Source of the DNA: an uncultured delta proteobacterium
Lineage (GTDB): Bacteria > Myxococcota_A > Polyangia > Haliangiales > Haliangiaceae
Direction: 5' to 3'
Assembly (NCBI GenBank): GCA_963743525.1
Contig: CAVUQH010000003.1
Span: 928,001 to 992,000, forward strand
DNA length: 64,000 nt
Below the pieces are notes generated by a model. It was not told where the DNA came from. It saw only the letters and a list, made by a program, of their open reading frames with translations, and searched no databases. Both the position numbers and the translations under genes were made by a program. Position 1 is the first letter of the stretch. Each line of letters begins with the position of its first letter. This document shows, in pieces, positions 62,895-64,000 of this stretch.

Positions 62895-63125
62895 TCAGCC
62901 GACAACCCCGATTCGACCGATGGTAGCACTTGCGGCCCGGAGGGCAGCTCTGACCCCCTTCCGCGGGGCAATTGGCCGGCTGCGGGCCGGGGCGCGGAAC
63001 CAGTGTCAGCCCCTCCTGATAGGACTGGAGTCGCGGGGGCTTCCCGCATGTCCCGAACCCTGCCGAGCCACTACCTGTAGTAGCTCGGCCTTGACGACCT
63101 ACTACCTATCGCGTAACAAGGTATC

Positions 63126-63401
63126 ATGGCGAAGAAGCAGACTCGGCGTAGTATCAGCGTTAGCCGCAACACGTACGAGCGGCTGAAGGCCTACTGCGAG
63201 ACGAACGGCATCTCGATGAGCCAGTTCGTCGAGAAGCGTGTAGGGGATTACCTGGGGCGCAGCATCGACCGGTTGACGGTGACGATGAGCAGCCCGGCCA
63301 GCGAGCCGGTCCGCACTGCCCCCCAGACCTCCTCCGCGCCGACCTCGCAGAACGGGGATCCCGACGTGAAGCTCACGCCGGATCAGATCTTCACCTTCTA
63401 G
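63126..63401 (+). CDS. Small ribbon-helix-helix (CopG-like) DNA-binding protein
   Basis: RRSISVSRNTYERLKAYCETNGISMSQFVE. Confidence 0.7.
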   Translation: MAKKQTRRSISVSRNTYERLKAYCETNGISMSQFVEKRVGDYLGRSIDRLTVTMSSPASEPVRTAPQTSSAPTSQNGDPDVKLTPDQIFTF

Positions 63402-63435
63402 TCGCTGTTCTCGAATCGCACGTCAGCGGGTGCGC

Positions 63436-64000
63436 CTATTGTGGCGCCCTGCGCGCCAGCCACCGGTCTCCGGTTGCGGCGGCGCGCATCAACCCCTTGA
63501 GTGCGAACGATTGCCACGCAGGCGCGGATTCGGATCCCTCCGGGGGAAACAGGAAGCTGTTGAGAGCCTTCTGTCCGCCGCGTGACAGACCAAAGAGTCC
63601 GCGCGTGGCGCGCCGACCGGCGCCAGCCGGCTCACCATACTCGTCGCGCATGCGGCGATAGACGTCGGTCTGCAGGCGGAAACCCTGGCGCTGCATCTCG
63701 GCCTGGTCGACGCCCAGGGTCGCGAAGGCGTCGCGCATGGTCATGCCGCTGCCGACCATCATCAGCTGGATGCGCAGCTGGAACCACCACAGCTTCGCGG
63801 CCTGGAAGTCGTTGAGCTCGGCGAGGATGCGCGGAAGCAGCAGCGCGCCCAGGCCGACGTGGCGGGCCTCGTCGCGCTCGAAGTAGTAGAGCAGGTCGGT
63901 CAGCACCGGCTCGATCTCGGCCGCGGCGATCATCTTGAACAGGCAGACGGCGACGTTCTCCACCAGGAGCTGCATGCCGACCAGCTTGTACAAGAGGTTG
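63436..64000 (-). CDS. Ferritin-like di-iron domain protein (5' end outside the window)
   Basis: LLVENVA...YFERDEARHVGLG (ExxH motif). Confidence 0.75.
   Translation of the reverse strand, partial: NLLYKLVGMQLLVENVAVCLFKMIAAAEIEPVLTDLLYYFERDEARHVGLGALLLPRILAELNDFQAAKLWWFQLRIQLMMVGSGMTMRDAFATLGVDQAEMQRQGFRLQTDVYRRMRDEYGEPAGAGRRATRGLFGLSRGGQKALNSFLFPPEGSESAPAWQSFALKGLMRAAATGDRWLARRAPQ

Overview
Very GC-rich bacterial chromosomal segment. The gene content (Hanks Ser/Thr kinase, ECF/anti-sigma pair, several sigma54 promoters, many lipoproteins) suggests Myxococcota; this is inference. Housekeeping and metabolic genes recognised: bolA, pruA, speA, a HelD-like helicase, sfsA, nadA (two apparent +1 frameshifts), TPP riboswitch-thiC, ligA, boxR/boxC/boxB, ppa, an HD dNTPase-like gene, fdhD and an ABC1/UbiB kinase. 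Two features stand out. (1) A ~0.96-kb non-coding, highly structured minus-strand element (about 51886->50923) sits between a near-consensus sigma54 promoter and a terminator-like hairpin; it looks like a large ornate ncRNA that I cannot assign to a known family. (2) An ~18-kb tightly coupled six-gene operon (30237-48454) looks like a diderm poly-gamma-glutamate-type synthesis and export machine: CHASE2 pseudo-kinase, double CapC fused to apparently dead hydrolase-like domains, a secreted protein, a PghP-like hydrolase lipoprotein, a TPR plus beta-barrel protein and a giant CapB. Also seen: an NPC-repeat Cys-rich lipoprotein, a REP/MITE-like hairpin array, and a recurrent GTCGAC->GTCAAC/GTTGAC signature that probably marks a DNA methylation motif or the basecalling errors it causes. 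All family assignments come from motif recognition by eye; no searches were run.
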